Below, in pieces: positions 63,231 to 64,000 of a stretch of 64,000 nucleotides of DNA. A program made the position numbers and the translations under genes. The notes beneath the pieces are model-generated. The model saw only the letters and a list, made by a program, of their open reading frames with translations, had not been told where the DNA came from and ran no database searches. Numbering within the stretch: the first letter of the stretch is position 1; the number at the start of each line of letters is the position of its first letter. The DNA lies in NCBI GenBank assembly GCA_012729715.1, contig JAAYCQ010000147.1:1624-65623 (forward strand), read 5' to 3'. Origin of the DNA: Syntrophomonadaceae bacterium (GTDB lineage: Bacteria; Bacillota; Syntrophomonadia; Syntrophomonadales; Syntrophomonadaceae).

Positions 63231-64000
63231 ATGGCGGAATATAAAAAGTTTCTGGCCCGGATAATATTGCTGATGGCAGCTGCAGTAATATTAACCTTAT
63301 GCCTGGCTTCGCTGGCTTTGGCTAAAAGGGACGCCGCCATTTATCCTTCCAATATTTTTGTAGGTGGGGTAAGTCTGGCCGGGTTAGGCCATGATGAAGC
63401 TGCTGATTTATTAGCACAACAATTACCAGCTAATCATGGCAGGCAACTATTATTGCAATTACCTTCACGGCAACTGTCCATACCATTAAATCAGGTTGGT
63501 ATCGCTTATGATATTCCTGCCACTCTTGCTCAAATTGATGATTCTTTAAATCAAAAAGGTTTTGGGGTTTTTAAGCACTGTATTGCCCGTGGTAACACCA
63601 TTAACATAGCCCCTAAAATAAACTGGAATCGGACTTTAATGGAAGAAAAATTAGCCGAACTTAAGAAAGACTTGGACCAACCTGCTGTCAACGCCCGTAT
63701 TTTATATAGCAAGGATTATCTGGAATATATAGGGCATAAGACCGGATATGCCATCGACATATATGCCAGCCTAAAAGAGATTAACCATTCCCTGCAAAAG
63801 GGCTCGCTGGGGCCTGTTCCGCTCATTATCACCGAGATTCATCCCCGGGTAAAGCTGGAAGATATAAAAGAAGTTAAGGATATGATAGGAATAAGTATGA
63901 GCAGAATAAACCTGCCCATAGCAGATTTGGAGCCTTTAGTACACAACCTAAACGGTTTCATTATTATGCCTGCCGATAGTTTTTCTTTAACCCAAGTTGC
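63231..64000 (+). CDS. VanW/YoaR-like protein, N-terminal part (3' end outside the window)
   Basis: The frame is open from ATG 63231 to the window end by hand translation, so it is absent from the ORF track. It has an N-terminal TM anchor, then I.P.NIFVGGV.L.GL..DEA motifs typical of VanW-family N-regions. The beginning of the VanW block, LNGFIIMPADSFSL, is also present. Confidence 0.65.
   Translation, partial: MAEYKKFLARIILLMAAAVILTLCLASLALAKRDAAIYPSNIFVGGVSLAGLGHDEAADLLAQQLPANHGRQLLLQLPSRQLSIPLNQVGIAYDIPATLAQIDDSLNQKGFGVFKHCIARGNTINIAPKINWNRTLMEEKLAELKKDLDQPAVNARILYSKDYLEYIGHKTGYAIDIYASLKEINHSLQKGSLGPVPLIITEIHPRVKLEDIKEVKDMIGISMSRINLPIADLEPLVHNLNGFIIMPADSFSLTQV

Noticed and set aside
1-64000. 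Mobile genetic element, prophage, or rRNA/tRNA genes.
   Set aside because: I recognised no integrase, transposase, recombinase, phage structural gene or tRNA-like T-arm motif (GGTTCGAATCC type). The only ggttcgaa match, at 28724, is part of a terminator stem.

Overview
This 64 kb window looks like chromosomal DNA from an anaerobic, spore-forming Firmicute. A Desulfotomaculum/Peptococcaceae-type sulfate reducer or syntroph is my inference from gene content (GerM, split NHEJ, Flx-Hdr, many acyl-CoA enzymes), not a demonstrated result. Coding density is high.

Gene content, in order:
- Two long acyl-CoA dehydrogenase paralogues flanking an acetate-channel gene.
- A MerR-like regulator.
- A tightly coupled minus-strand operon of two large unrecognisable proteins plus an Hsp70-like ATPase.
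- Cell-wall enzymes.
- A CoA-transferase followed by decayed remnants of a second CoA-transferase and of a sigma-54 activator.
- An MFS/TetR/aldehyde dehydrogenase/alcohol dehydrogenase block directly followed by hdrCBA-flxDCBA.
- An 893-aa fusion of a class-III aminotransferase to an acyl-ACP-reductase-like domain, followed by DUF1285 and DegV.
- A radical SAM gene and an orphan LytTR regulator.
- A ChlI-like AAA+ ATPase plus vWA pair.
- gerM and murI, then a single-subunit 2-hydroxyacyl-CoA-dehydratase-like gene with its activase.
- rph-rdgB-phosphoesterase.
- folD-gcvT-gcvH-gcvPA-gcvPB-lpdA-lplA.
- A split NHEJ module (Ku, ligase, polymerase).
- A CofE-like gene, DUF134, a thiolase, and an envelope-type cluster.

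I found no rRNA, tRNA, CRISPR array, transposase or integrase.

Most notable observations:
1. The Hsp70-like three-gene operon of unknown function.
2. The aminotransferase/acyl-thioester-reductase fusion, which has a perfect 34-bp inverted repeat in its upstream region.
3. Two in-frame UGA codons in hdrA and flxD(mvhD). Each replaces a conserved Cys and is followed by a hairpin, so both are probably selenocysteine. The ORF track splits both genes there.
4. The ChlI-like/vWA pair, which has no large chelatase subunit.
5. Two abundant families of mosaic intergenic repeats, which are inserted in most gene gaps and even supply the last codons of several genes.

All functional calls rest on motif-level recognition by eye. 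No database search was possible.
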